Source: a virus | Direction: 5' to 3' (one strand) | UHGV virus genome: UHGV-0420230 | DNA length: 42,537 nt | Part shown: piece by piece, positions 10,096-19,919 of the stretch | Layout of the letters: every line of letters starts with the position of its first letter | How positions within the stretch are numbered: position 1 is the first letter of the stretch | Program-made: the position numbers and the translations under genes | Notes under the pieces: model-generated | The model's input: only the letters and a program-made list of their open reading frames with translations | Told to the model about the DNA's origin: nothing | Databases searched by the model: none

Positions 10096-11989
10096 TAATT
10101 TTCAGCTGAAAGCCATCATCACCGCCGTTGACAGGCTATCCGGCCCGCTTAAAGGTATGCAGCGTCAGCTTAAGGGGTTTCAGAAAGAAGTCTCCAGCCT
10201 TGCTCTGGGCGCTGCCGGGGCGGGTACTGCAATAATGGGGGCACTGGCACTCCCTGTAAAATCAGCCATCACCCTTGAATCGAAGATGGCTGATGTCCGC
10301 AAAGTGGTGGACGGTCTGGATACGCCGGATGCGTTTAAGGCCATGACGGAGCAGGTACGCGCTTTGTCTACTGAGCTTCCCATGTCTGCAGACGGGATCG
10401 CGGAAATTGTGGCGGCTGGCGGTCAGGCCGGGATTGCACGTGATGAACTGATGCAGTTTGCCACTGATGCGGTGAAGATGGGCGTGGCCTTTGATACCAC
10501 GGCTGAAGAGTCCGGGCAGATGATGGCCCAGTGGCGTACTGCGTTTAATATGACGCAGGATGAAGTGGCCGGGCTGGCTGACAAAATCAACTACCTTGGT
10601 AATACCGGCCCGGCGAATGCGAAGAAAATCTCCGATATTGTTACGCGTATTGGTCCTTTAGGTGGTGTTGCAGGTGTGGCTTCCGGCGAAATCGCGGCAA
10701 TGGGGGCAACCATTGCCGGGATGGGCGTGGAGTCAGAAATTGCCGCCACAGGGATCAAGAACTTCATGCTTTCCCTGACCGCGGGAAATTCCGCGACAAA
10801 ATCGCAGAAACAGGCATTACGTTTTCTGCGGATCAATCCGAAGAAATTAGCTGCTGATATGCAGAAAGATGCCCGGGGAACCATGCTGTCTGTACTGGAT
10901 GCGATGGCTAAAGTGCCTAAAGAAAAACAGGCAGCTGTGCTGAATGCCCTGTTCGGGAAAGAGTCTCTGGGCGCGATAGCTCCTCTGCTGACTAACCTTG
11001 ATTTGTTGCGTACCAACTTCAGGCGGGTTGCGGATTCCCAGCAGTATGGCAGTTCGATGCAGAAGGAATATGCTTCGAGGGCAGCGACGACGGAAAACCA
11101 GCTTTTACTTCTGCAAAATCAACTTGATGCCATTTCTTCCACTCTGGGGGAAACGTTTCTTCCTGAGGTTAATGATGGTCTTGAAGCGGTAAAACCGCTC
11201 CTTGAGGAAGTGAGAACGTTTGTCCGTGAAAACCCGGAGCTCGTTAAGACCATTGCTAAAATCGGTCTGGCTTTACTGACAGTGGGGGCCGCTGCAGGCT
11301 CTTTGTCCAGAATCATGAAAGTTCTCGGCGGTGTGATGAATATGACGCCTGCTAAGGGGCTGATTGCTCTTCTGGTTGGTGGCGCTTACCTCATTATTGA
11401 TAATTGGGAAACCGTAGGTCCTGTCATAAAAAAAGTCTGGCACGTGGTGGATGAAACGGCGCAGATGATGGGGGGATGGGAAACTGTTCTGAAAGCGATT
11501 GCCCTGTTTATGGCAACCAAATGGGTTGCTGACGTTACCAAATCCATTACCGCAGTGACCAGAGAGATGCGTACGCTGGGGAAGGTATCGGCAGAAACGG
11601 GATTGATGGGGAAAGGCCGCGGCTTTATCGGGAAGGCCGGGGTATATGGTTTTCTGGGAACCCTGATGTATGAGCCGGTTAAAGATACTCTGGAAAGTGT
11701 TGTTCCTGAAGATACGGTTAACTGGCTGGATAATAAAGGGCTGTTTCTGGCTTCAGACTGGACGCCTTTTTTTGATCGTAAAGAGTACGAGCAGTATCAG
11801 GCCAGCCTGAGTCAGTACAAACCCAATGTTCCGCTGTTGAATCCATCTTCTTCCATGACACAGCACAGCGAGCTGAAAGTCACGTTCGAGAATGCTCCGC
11901 CAGGTATGAAGATAATTGATGTACCGGGCAAAGCCGATCCCCTGATGAAAATCACGCACGATGTGGGGTATTCTCCATTCAGACGATAA
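10088..11989 (+). CDS. tail tape measure protein
   Basis: 633 aa, alpha-helical Ala/Gly-rich protein after the chaperone; GAGGAG RBS. Confidence 0.85.
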   Translation: MADNFQLKAIITAVDRLSGPLKGMQRQLKGFQKEVSSLALGAAGAGTAIMGALALPVKSAITLESKMADVRKVVDGLDTPDAFKAMTEQVRALSTELPMSADGIAEIVAAGGQAGIARDELMQFATDAVKMGVAFDTTAEESGQMMAQWRTAFNMTQDEVAGLADKINYLGNTGPANAKKISDIVTRIGPLGGVAGVASGEIAAMGATIAGMGVESEIAATGIKNFMLSLTAGNSATKSQKQALRFLRINPKKLAADMQKDARGTMLSVLDAMAKVPKEKQAAVLNALFGKESLGAIAPLLTNLDLLRTNFRRVADSQQYGSSMQKEYASRAATTENQLLLLQNQLDAISSTLGETFLPEVNDGLEAVKPLLEEVRTFVRENPELVKTIAKIGLALLTVGAAAGSLSRIMKVLGGVMNMTPAKGLIALLVGGAYLIIDNWETVGPVIKKVWHVVDETAQMMGGWETVLKAIALFMATKWVADVTKSITAVTREMRTLGKVSAETGLMGKGRGFIGKAGVYGFLGTLMYEPVKDTLESVVPEDTVNWLDNKGLFLASDWTPFFDRKEYEQYQASLSQYKPNVPLLNPSSSMTQHSELKVTFENAPPGMKIIDVPGKADPLMKITHDVGYSPFRR

Positions 11990-12053
11990 TATAACTACTT
12001 TAATCAAGTAGGGTTATTGAGTGGTAAAGTTTGTGCTGAATGTAGGAGAGAAT

Positions 12054-12542
12054 ATGAAGAAAATGTTTATATTGTTGTTGGCTGTAGGACTGCCATTAAA
12101 CTCCTTTGCGAAGCCAGTAACGGAAAAGCAGCTTGCTACATACTTTATAGATAACGTTAAAACTTCAGCGGATAAGAATATAGATCTAGATGTAGAGGGA
12201 ATAAATAGACTGTCTGTAATATGCCCAGCAAAGTCGGCAAGTGGAACTCTTTTAATAAAAAAAGCATCCTACGAGTTTAATAAAAGCATTGGTGCTTTTG
12301 ATTTTGAAAATAACTCACAATCTGCACCATTGACTTTTATTGTACCAATTAGTGAGGATGAAAATAACTTTGACTCGGAAATTATTGGTTTCTCTTTTGC
12401 ATTTAAAATGCCAAGAGGGCAATTCTTTGTTGATGTTACGAAAACAGGGAAGGTAAAGGCTGGCGTAAATATTAGTGGTGAAAGCGGAATTACTTATTCA
12501 TCATGTAGAATAGATACTCATAATGTTGATTATGATCGTTAA
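12054..12542 (+). CDS. secreted hypothetical protein (moron with Sec-type signal peptide)
   Basis: AGGAG 12044-12048 then ATG 12054; N-terminus MKKMFILLLAVGLPLNSFA-KP is a typical signal peptide; strongly AT-rich versus flanking tail genes; own terminator. Confidence 0.7.
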   Translation: MKKMFILLLAVGLPLNSFAKPVTEKQLATYFIDNVKTSADKNIDLDVEGINRLSVICPAKSASGTLLIKKASYEFNKSIGAFDFENNSQSAPLTFIVPISEDENNFDSEIIGFSFAFKMPRGQFFVDVTKTGKVKAGVNISGESGITYSSCRIDTHNVDYDR

Positions 12543-12556
12543 TTTTATTACCTAAT

Positions 12557-12586
12557 AAAAAACCGCGTTTACACGCGGTTTTTATT
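12557..12586 (+). terminator. rho-independent terminator
   Basis: Hairpin AACCGCG-TTTACA-CGCGGTT at 12561-12580 followed by a T-run. Confidence 0.7.
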
Positions 12587-12598
12587 TGAGGTGACGCC

Positions 12599-13972
12599 AT
12601 GGATTTTTCTCATATTTCTTCGTACCTATCCTCTGATTCTCGAAGTGGCTGGCGTGAAAAGCTACTTGAAGCATCATTTCGAGGTGTGCCGTTTAAGGTT
12701 GAAGAAGAAAGTGCGGGAACCGGTCGCCGTGTGGAAACACATGAATACCCGAACCGCGACAAGCCCTATACCGAAGATCTGGGAAAAGTCACTTTCCGCC
12801 CGTCCATCACAGCTTATGTGGTGGGAGATGACTGCTTTGACCAGCGCGATCGCCTGATTGAAGCGCTGAATAAACCCGGTCCCGGCACGCTTGTCCACCC
12901 GACATATGGTGAGCTGAAAGTCTGTGTTGACGGGGAAGTTCGGGTCAGCACATCGAAAAGTGAAGGGCGTATTGTCCGCTTTGACCTGAAGTTTGTCGAA
13001 GCAGGAGAACTCTCTTACCCCACATCAGGTGCGGCGACGGCGCAGACGCTGATGTCATCCTGTTCTGCACTGGATGACTGCATCAGTGACAGCTTCAGCG
13101 GTTTCAGTATCGATGGTGTGGCGGATTTCGTGCAGAACGACGTTATCGGTAATGCCAGCATAATGCTGGGGTATGTTTCTGATGCGATGAAAGTGGTGGA
13201 TTCTGCCGTATCGGATGCCGCCAGGCTGTTGCAGGGGGATATCTCGGTACTTCTGCAGCCGCCATCGTCAGGCAAAAATTTCGTTGAGCAGGTGCAGAAA
13301 ATGTGGCGTACCGGGAAACGCCTTTATGGTAACGCCAGCGACCTGGTCACCATGATCAAAACGCTTTCCGGTGTCAGCCTCGGCAGCGATCTGCAACCGC
13401 GCGGCGTCTGGAAAACGGACAGTAAAACCACCGCCACGGCGACGCAGCAGCGTAACGTGGTTGCCAGCACCCTTCGTACGACCGCAATCAGCGAAGCGGC
13501 GTATGCCGTCACCCGATTGCCTGCGCCAACAACTTCCGCGGTGATGCAGAATTCCGCAGTGGGGCAGGCAACAACACCTGCGCAGAGCACTGGCTGGCCT
13601 TCCGTCACGCATCCGGCACTGAACAATGCACCGGCGGTGAAAAACACGGTTGACCTGCCGACGTGGGAAGAACTGACTGACATTCGCGACACACTGAATA
13701 CGGCAATTGATAAGGAGTTGTCCCGTACAACCAGTGATGCGCTGTTTCTGGCGCTGCGCCGGGTGAAAGCAGATCTGAATGCGGATATCAACACGCGCCT
13801 TGAACAGTCTGCACGGATCATTCAGCGCACGCCGGATGAGGTTTTACCCGCGCTGGTGCTGGCGGCGACCTGGTTTGATAACGCGGCGCGTGACGCGGAC
13901 ATTATCCGGCGTAATGCCATTACGCATCCCGGCTTTGTGCCGGTGATCCCTCTGAAGGTGCCAGTGCAATGA
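12599..13972 (+). CDS. DNA circulation protein (Mu gp43-like)
   Basis: 457 aa in the conserved position after the tape measure in Mu-type tails. Confidence 0.75.
   Translation: MDFSHISSYLSSDSRSGWREKLLEASFRGVPFKVEEESAGTGRRVETHEYPNRDKPYTEDLGKVTFRPSITAYVVGDDCFDQRDRLIEALNKPGPGTLVHPTYGELKVCVDGEVRVSTSKSEGRIVRFDLKFVEAGELSYPTSGAATAQTLMSSCSALDDCISDSFSGFSIDGVADFVQNDVIGNASIMLGYVSDAMKVVDSAVSDAARLLQGDISVLLQPPSSGKNFVEQVQKMWRTGKRLYGNASDLVTMIKTLSGVSLGSDLQPRGVWKTDSKTTATATQQRNVVASTLRTTAISEAAYAVTRLPAPTTSAVMQNSAVGQATTPAQSTGWPSVTHPALNNAPAVKNTVDLPTWEELTDIRDTLNTAIDKELSRTTSDALFLALRRVKADLNADINTRLEQSARIIQRTPDEVLPALVLAATWFDNAARDADIIRRNAITHPGFVPVIPLKVPVQ
13173..13226. repeat. internal copy of the 54-bp sequence also found at 1-54
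   Basis: Exact identity to window 1-54. Confidence 0.9.
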
Positions 13973-15048
13973 ACGATAACGTCACGCTACGGGTAAATGG
14001 CCGGGAGTGGAATGGCTGGACATCGGTGCGCATCGGTGCCGGTGTTGAACGACTGGCGCGGGATTTCAGTGTGGAGATCACCCGCCAGTGGCCGGGAGAT
14101 GAGGGTATCACCACGCTTCAGCCGCGCATTAAAAACGGTTCAAAAGTGGAAGTGCTGATTGGTGATGAGCTGGTGATCACCGGCTGGGTGGAGGCGACGC
14201 CCGTTCGTTACGATGCCCGTTCGGTCAGCACCGGTATTGCCGGACGCAGTCTGACCGCTGATCTGATTGACTGTGCAGCCGAACCGACACAGTTTAACGG
14301 ACGATCGCTGGTACAGATTGCGCAGGCGCTTGCTGCGCCCTTCGGCATTGAGGTGGTGAACAACGGTGCGCCGTCGGGTGTTATTCCTGACGTCCAGCCT
14401 GATCACGGTGAAACGGTGATTGAGGTAATCAACAAAATACTCGGTCAGCAGCAGGCACTGGCTTACGACGACCCGCACGGCAGGCTGGTGATTGGCGGTA
14501 TTGGCTCAACGCGGGCACATACCGCGCTGGTACTTGGGGAAAACATCCTTTCCTGTGATACGGAGAAGAGTATCCGGGAGCGGTTTTCAGTTTACCAGGT
14601 GGCGGGGCAGCGTGCCGGAAACGACGATGATTTCGGTGAGGCCACCACCACCGCGCTGCGGGCCCGCACAGAGGACGCATTTATTGCCCGTTACCGTCCG
14701 ATGTATATCAGGCAGACAGGGCAGGCCACGGGGGCAGGCTGTATTGCGCGTGCTGACTTTGAAGCCCGACAACGGGCGGCGCGGACGGATGAAACCACCT
14801 ATGTGGTGCAGGGCTGGCGACAGGGTAACGGTACGCTGTGGCAGCCCAACCAGCGGGTGATTGTCTTTGATCCGGTCTGTGGTTTCGACAATACCGAACT
14901 GCTTGTTTCGGAAGTCACGTTTACTCAGGACCAGAACGGCACCCTGACGGAAATCCGTGTCGGCCCGCCTGATGCTTATCTGCCTGAACCCGAAGATCCA
15001 GGCGCGCGGAAAAAGAAAAAAGCCAGAGTACAGGAGGACCCGTTCTGA
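13969..15048 (+). CDS. baseplate hub protein (gpD / Mu gp44-like)
   Basis: 359 aa; position after the DNA circulation gene; overlapping start. Confidence 0.7.
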   Translation: MNDNVTLRVNGREWNGWTSVRIGAGVERLARDFSVEITRQWPGDEGITTLQPRIKNGSKVEVLIGDELVITGWVEATPVRYDARSVSTGIAGRSLTADLIDCAAEPTQFNGRSLVQIAQALAAPFGIEVVNNGAPSGVIPDVQPDHGETVIEVINKILGQQQALAYDDPHGRLVIGGIGSTRAHTALVLGENILSCDTEKSIRERFSVYQVAGQRAGNDDDFGEATTTALRARTEDAFIARYRPMYIRQTGQATGAGCIARADFEARQRAARTDETTYVVQGWRQGNGTLWQPNQRVIVFDPVCGFDNTELLVSEVTFTQDQNGTLTEIRVGPPDAYLPEPEDPGARKKKKARVQEDPF

Positions 15049-15596
15049 TGAGGGCGATTGAAACCATACAGCGACAACTCCTCGGGCTGATTGGGCGGGC
15101 CGTGGTGAAAAGCATCAGTGCCGCAACGAAATGTCAGACCGTGGATGTGTCCCTGATTGCCGGTGAACCCAAAGCCGGGGTTGAACATCTTGAACCTTAC
15201 GGTTTTACCGCAAGGGCAAACAGCGGTGCGGAAGCGGTGGTGTTGTTTCCGGATGGCGACCGTTCTCATGCGGTGGTTGTTACGGTGTCGGATCGGCGTT
15301 ACCGCCTGAAAGGGCTGCAGACGGGTGAGGTGGCTGTCTATGACGATCAGGGGCAGTCCGTGACGCTGACCCGGGAGGGGATCGTGGTGGACGGTGCAGG
15401 TAAAACGATCACGTTTCGCAATTCACCTAAAGCACGTTTTGAAATGGACCTGGAAGTGACAGGACAGGTGAAAGACCTGTGCGACTCCAGCGGCACCACC
15501 ATGTCAGCGATGCGGCTTGCCTATAACGGGCATCGTCACAGAGAGAACGGTCAGGGCAGTAACACCGACAAACCTGATAAAGCGATGGAGGCATGA
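15048..15596 (+). CDS. baseplate assembly/spike protein (gpV / Mu gp45-like)
   Basis: 182 aa; AGGAGG RBS; baseplate module order. Confidence 0.65.
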   Translation: MRAIETIQRQLLGLIGRAVVKSISAATKCQTVDVSLIAGEPKAGVEHLEPYGFTARANSGAEAVVLFPDGDRSHAVVVTVSDRRYRLKGLQTGEVAVYDDQGQSVTLTREGIVVDGAGKTITFRNSPKARFEMDLEVTGQVKDLCDSSGTTMSAMRLAYNGHRHRENGQGSNTDKPDKAMEA

Positions 15597-16021
15597 TGGA
15601 ACTGTGGCTGACGGTGAACGGTAAACGCACCTGCGCCAGCGCACCGCTGGATCCGCTGACCCGCGCCGTGGTGATTTCCCTGTTTACCTGGCGGCGGGCG
15701 GAGCCTGATGACAACGCCGACGTCCCGATGGGATGGTGGGGGGATACCTGGCCTGCGGTACAGAATGACCGTTACGGCTCCCGACTGTGGCTGCTTCAGC
15801 GCAGCAAACTGACCAATCAGCTGGTGCAGACGGTAAGGGGGTATATCCGCGAATGCCTGCAATGGATGATTGATGATGGCGTGGTGTCCCGTATTGATCT
15901 GGATATCCGCCGCACCGGGATTAATGAACTGGGTAACAGTATCACTCTCTGGCGTCGTGACGGACCGGTAATGATTTCTTTTGATGATCTGTGGAGTGCG
16001 ATAACGCATGGCGGACAGTGA
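15593..16021 (+). CDS. baseplate protein, GP46 family (gpW/gp25-like)
   Basis: 142 aa; overlapping start; order within the baseplate module. Confidence 0.65.
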   Translation: MMELWLTVNGKRTCASAPLDPLTRAVVISLFTWRRAEPDDNADVPMGWWGDTWPAVQNDRYGSRLWLLQRSKLTNQLVQTVRGYIRECLQWMIDDGVVSRIDLDIRRTGINELGNSITLWRRDGPVMISFDDLWSAITHGGQ

Positions 16022-17066
16022 ATTTCAGCGCCCGACGCTGGCAGAAAATATCAGTATGCTCCGTAACGATTTATTCGCCAGGCTGGACGTCAGCGACACG
16101 CTCCGGCGCATGGATGAAGACGTGCGGGCAAAGGTGTATGCGGCGGCGCTGCATACGGTTTACGGTTACATCGATTATCTGGCAATGAACATGCTGCCTG
16201 ATCTGTGCGATGAGTCCTGGCTGGCGCGACATGCTGAGATGAAACGGTGTCCGCGCAAGGGGGCCACGGCTGCCAGCGGGTATATGCGCTGGGAAGGTGT
16301 CAGCGATGGCCTGAAGGTGACCGCCGGGAGTGTTATTCAGCGCGATGACCTGGTTCAGTACACGGCAACTGCCGATGCAACCAGCACTGGTGGTGTCCTG
16401 CGTGTGCCGATCACTTGCTCAACTACAGGCGCGGTCGGTAACGCTGACGACGGTACGGCATTAATCCTGGTCACGCCGGTGAATGGTCTGCCGTCTTCCG
16501 GTGTGGCTGACACCCTGACAGGCGGATTTGATACTGAAGAGCTGGAAACGTGGCGCGCCCGCGTCATTGAGCGGTATTACTGGACGCCTCAGGGCGGGGC
16601 TGACGTGGACTATGTCGTCTGGGCTAAAGAAGTGCCCGGCATTACCCGCGCATGGACATACCGACACTGGATGGGAACGGGGACTGTCGGTGTGATGATT
16701 GCCAGCAGTGACCTGATTAATCCCATTCCGGAAGAGTCAACGGAAACGGCGGCAAGACAACATATCGGGCCACTGGCCCCGGTGGCAGGCTCTGATTTGT
16801 ATGTATTCAGGCCGGTGGCGCATAAAGTGGATTTTCATATCCGCGTGACGCCGGACACACCGGAAATACGGGCTGCCATCACCGCCGAGTTGCGTTCGTT
16901 CCTGCTGCGTGATGGTTATCCGCAGGGAGAACTGAAGGTGTCACGTATCAGTGAAGCGATTTCCGGTGCGAACGGGGAATACAGCCATCAGTTGCTTGCC
17001 CCGGCGGACAATATCTCCATTGCAAAAAATGAGCTGGCGGTTCTGGGGACGATTTCATGGACGTGA
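16008..17066 (+). CDS. baseplate J-like protein (Mu gp47-like)
   Basis: 352 aa; conserved order. Confidence 0.75.
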   Translation: MADSEFQRPTLAENISMLRNDLFARLDVSDTLRRMDEDVRAKVYAAALHTVYGYIDYLAMNMLPDLCDESWLARHAEMKRCPRKGATAASGYMRWEGVSDGLKVTAGSVIQRDDLVQYTATADATSTGGVLRVPITCSTTGAVGNADDGTALILVTPVNGLPSSGVADTLTGGFDTEELETWRARVIERYYWTPQGGADVDYVVWAKEVPGITRAWTYRHWMGTGTVGVMIASSDLINPIPEESTETAARQHIGPLAPVAGSDLYVFRPVAHKVDFHIRVTPDTPEIRAAITAELRSFLLRDGYPQGELKVSRISEAISGANGEYSHQLLAPADNISIAKNELAVLGTISWT

Positions 17067-17641
17067 CAAACGATGATTATATCCGTCTGTTGTCGGCACT
17101 GTTGCCGCCCGGTCCGGCGTGGTCAGTCAGCGATCCGGCGATTGCCGGTGCGGCACCGTCATTAACCCGCGTTCATCAGCGTGCGGATGCCCTGATGCGG
17201 GAGCTGGATCCGCGCACCACCACTGAACTGATAAATCGCTGGGAGCGTCTGTGCGGTCTGCCGGATGAATGTATTCCCGCAGGGACACAGACCCTTCGCC
17301 AGCGTCAGCAACGGCTGGATGCGAAGGTTAATCTGGCGGGCGGCATCAATGAGGATTTTTACCTTGCACAGCTTGCAGCCCTGGGCAGACCAGACGCCAC
17401 TATCACGCGATACGATAAAAGCACGTTCACCTGCTCATCGGCCTGTACTGACGCAGTGAATGCGCCGGAATGGCGGTATTACTGGCAGGTCAACATGCCA
17501 GCCGCCACCAACACCACCTGGATGACATGTGGCGATCCCTGTGATTCCGCACTGCGTATCTGGGGCGACACCGTTGTCGAGTGCGTGCTTAACAAACTCT
17601 GCCCTTCGCATACCTACGTAATTTTTAAATATCCGGAGTAA
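17057..17641 (+). CDS. tail protein, YmfQ/DUF2313-like (Mu gp48-like)
   Basis: 194 aa, same size and position as e14 YmfQ, immediately before the tail fibre gene. Confidence 0.65.
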   Translation: MDVTNDDYIRLLSALLPPGPAWSVSDPAIAGAAPSLTRVHQRADALMRELDPRTTTELINRWERLCGLPDECIPAGTQTLRQRQQRLDAKVNLAGGINEDFYLAQLAALGRPDATITRYDKSTFTCSSACTDAVNAPEWRYYWQVNMPAATNTTWMTCGDPCDSALRIWGDTVVECVLNKLCPSHTYVIFKYPE

Positions 17642-17644
17642 TCC

Positions 17645-18382
17645 ATGCATCGTATAGACACGAAAACCGCGCAGAAGGATAAGTTCGGCGCGGGTAAGAA
17701 CGGTTTTACCCGTGGTAACCCCCAGACCGGCACGCCTGCCACCGATCTGGATGATGACTACTTTGACATGTTGCAGGAGGAGCTTTGCAGCGTTGTGGAG
17801 GCGTCCGGTGCCAGCCTGGATAAGGGGCGGCACGACCAGCTACTTACCGCGCTTCGCGCGCTGCTGTTAAGCCGCAAGAATCCGTTTGGCGATATCAAAT
17901 CGGATGGCACGGTGAAAACGGCTCTCGAAAACCTTGGATTAACCAACGCGATAATTGGTGATACCTGTAAAGAAGCAGGGTTCTACTTAGGAAGTGAACT
18001 TGCCCCTTATCTTATGCATGAGGACACTCACACAGCCATCCGCCTGGTAACGTTGGATAGCGTCCGTCGAGTAACAACCACTACTTACACTATTAATTAT
18101 TACGCGAATGGCTTAATTCAGATTTTAGGTATGACCCCAACAGTAAGCTCTTTTACTCCCCAGACCATGACATTCCCAGTGGCGTTCCCAAATGCTTGTG
18201 TTCGGTTTGCATTGCACAACCAAGAAAGTGGCGTCCCATCCTACAACATGGCGATGTATTCTAATTTAAGCAGAACGGGCGTGAAGATATGGGGAGTGGC
18301 GAACATTCTTGGCAACGGTGGAAGCCCGTCGCTGGGCGCGCTACCGAACGCTGAAATCTCTTATGAAGCATGGGGTTACTGA
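17645..18382 (+). CDS. tail fibre protein (constant N-terminus fused to variable C-terminus, current orientation)
   Basis: 245 aa; a recombination crossover site lies inside the gene at codon ~97. Confidence 0.8.
   Translation: MHRIDTKTAQKDKFGAGKNGFTRGNPQTGTPATDLDDDYFDMLQEELCSVVEASGASLDKGRHDQLLTALRALLLSRKNPFGDIKSDGTVKTALENLGLTNAIIGDTCKEAGFYLGSELAPYLMHEDTHTAIRLVTLDSVRRVTTTTYTINYYANGLIQILGMTPTVSSFTPQTMTFPVAFPNACVRFALHNQESGVPSYNMAMYSNLSRTGVKIWGVANILGNGGSPSLGALPNAEISYEAWGY
17922..17947. other. invertase crossover site (gix/pix-like), left
   Basis: CTCTCGAAAACC-TT-GGATTAACCAAC; left half matches the gix-type half-site (memory) at 8/12 and matches the right-hand site in inverted orientation. Confidence 0.6.
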
Positions 18383-18383
18383 T

Positions 18384-18821
18384 ATGACATTTTTCTACAG
18401 TGCAGCACATAATATTTTTGTTTCAGATATTAACAAAGAGAGCTATGAGGATGCTGGATCGTGGCCAGCAGATGCAAAAGAAGTTTCAGATGAATTATTT
18501 TATCAATATTCGCAAAATCCACCGAAAGGCAAAATTCGCTCCCATGCAGATGGCCTGCCCATCTGGGAAGATGCCCCGCCTATGACTGAAGAAGAACTTA
18601 TTCTGAAAAATAAGAATGAAAAACAAATTCGTATCGATGAAGCCAATAATTATATGCACGGTAAGCAATGGCCAGGTAAAGCGGCTATTGGTCGTCTGAA
18701 AGGTGAGGAACTGGCGCAATATAATTTGTGGCTGGATTATCTGGACGCACTGGAGCTGGTCGATACTTCCGGTGCGCCAGATATTGAATGGCCTACGCCT
18801 CCGGCAGTTCAGGCCAGATGA
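18384..18821 (+). CDS. tail fibre assembly protein (orientation A)
   Basis: Starts 1 nt after the tail fibre stop; C-terminus ...DTSGAPDIEWPTPPA matches the conserved C-terminal motif shared with the convergent partner. Confidence 0.7.
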   Translation: MTFFYSAAHNIFVSDINKESYEDAGSWPADAKEVSDELFYQYSQNPPKGKIRSHADGLPIWEDAPPMTEEELILKNKNEKQIRIDEANNYMHGKQWPGKAAIGRLKGEELAQYNLWLDYLDALELVDTSGAPDIEWPTPPAVQAR

Positions 18822-19386
18822 CATCCGGCGCGGTGCTGGTATCTGTTACCGTCACCGCGTCAATGTAATCCAGCACGGCGTTAAGTCGGGTTGTTTCTGC
18901 CTGAGTCAGCTTCCGTCCGGCCTGTAATTTCAGTTGAATCAGACTGATGGAAGCCATTGCAGCATCAATCAGCGACTGGCGCTGTGCTTCTGCCGCGTCT
19001 AGTGCGGCACTATGCTGTGCCTCAGTATCTGTCACCCATTTCTCACCATCCCATTTATCGTATGGCGTTAACGGTGAAAGCGTGACATAACCGTCTTTGA
19101 TGGCACCGATATAATCCACTGTAACAGCTGCGCCATTTTCGATTGAGTAAACAGTCTCATTGCGGTGGTCTTCTTCATGGCTCCATCCCTTACCCGTAAA
19201 TACTGCCACTTTCCCCGGAATGTATTCGCCCGGGTCAATACCAGTGGAACAGGCGGGCATACTTACGCCAGTATTAATATATTCATCAGACCAGCCCGTA
19301 TATTCAGACGTTACTGCATCATAATAAAAACAACGCATATCACCCGGCACTGTAGCCAGCCCATTTTCATCAAAAACAGGTTTCAT
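18793..19386 (-). CDS. tail fibre assembly protein (orientation B)
   Basis: 197 aa; C-terminus ...DTSTAPDVIWPELPEA; convergent with and overlapping the orientation-A gene. Confidence 0.7.
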   Translation of the reverse strand: MKPVFDENGLATVPGDMRCFYYDAVTSEYTGWSDEYINTGVSMPACSTGIDPGEYIPGKVAVFTGKGWSHEEDHRNETVYSIENGAAVTVDYIGAIKDGYVTLSPLTPYDKWDGEKWVTDTEAQHSAALDAAEAQRQSLIDAAMASISLIQLKLQAGRKLTQAETTRLNAVLDYIDAVTVTDTSTAPDVIWPELPEA

Positions 19387-19853
19387 TATGCAGCCCTCAC
19401 AATATAATTAAAGGCGATGTTACGTGGACGGTTTTCATTAGCTGTTGGCACGACACGAGAGGCGTCGAATCCAAGGTCATCGGTTTTGTCTATAGTAGTT
19501 GTGCTATTCGGCATTCTCGCTGATCGTGTTCCTGCATCGTAAAAAGCCCCTCTGATTGCATCAAAAGACATACCGATCCCGCCATCTGCGAATCCCTCAA
19601 TATTTCTTATTGCATCCCCCTGTGAAGATAATAATTGTCGCCCGGCATCCACTCCACGTCCGTCATCCCAGCCACGAATAAATTCACCGCGTAAATCAGG
19701 CAATTTATTTGTCGGATAAACCTTTGCCAGTTCCGGGTATTCTTCAGCAGAAAAAGCCGCACCATTGCATTTTAGCCAGCCTGTTGGCGGAGTGGCGGAA
19801 GGCCACGGGACAGGCACACCAACGGGTAATGCCGAACCTTCTCCCAAACCAAC
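19386..19853 (-). CDS. alternative tail fibre C-terminal segment (expressed only after inversion)
   Basis: Tail-collar-like sequence (LKCNGAAFSAEEYPELAKVYPTNKLPDLRGEFIRGWDDGRGVDAGRQ); reading frame runs into the right crossover site; NVGL aligns to NLGL at the left site. Confidence 0.6.
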   Translation of the reverse strand, partial: VGLGEGSALPVGVPVPWPSATPPTGWLKCNGAAFSAEEYPELAKVYPTNKLPDLRGEFIRGWDDGRGVDAGRQLLSSQGDAIRNIEGFADGGIGMSFDAIRGAFYDAGTRSARMPNSTTTIDKTDDLGFDASRVVPTANENRPRNIAFNYIVRAA

Positions 19854-19864
19854 GTTTAAGAAAA
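19839..19864. other. invertase crossover site (gix/pix-like), right
   Basis: TTCTCCCAAACC-AA-CGTTTAAGAAAA, an imperfect palindrome with 8/12 matches to a gix-type half on each side; central dinucleotide AA versus TT at the left site, i.e. inverted. Confidence 0.6.
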
Positions 19865-19919
19865 TGCAGAGATTATGGCTAACTGGCATCATCCCCGGTT
19901 TTTACTCATGGGAATGCTC

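Larger units (their letters stand above)
17922..19864. other. invertible DNA segment (tail-fibre host-range switch, G/C/P-segment-like)
   Basis: Bounded by inverted crossover sites; contains two convergent sets of tail-fibre C-terminus plus assembly genes, one without its own start codon. Confidence 0.7.

Noticed and set aside
10591-11016. 141-aa minus-strand ORF inside the tape measure gene
   Set aside because: Antisense to a clearly coding gene; low-complexity product.
13324-13821. 165-aa minus-strand ORF inside the DNA circulation gene
   Set aside because: Antisense frame of a GC-rich gene; no start context.
19875-19919. Upstream in-frame start for the invertase (MANWHHPRFLLMGMLM...)
   Set aside because: Gin/Pin-family invertases begin at MLIGY; the extension is likely untranslated, though an extended isoform cannot be excluded.
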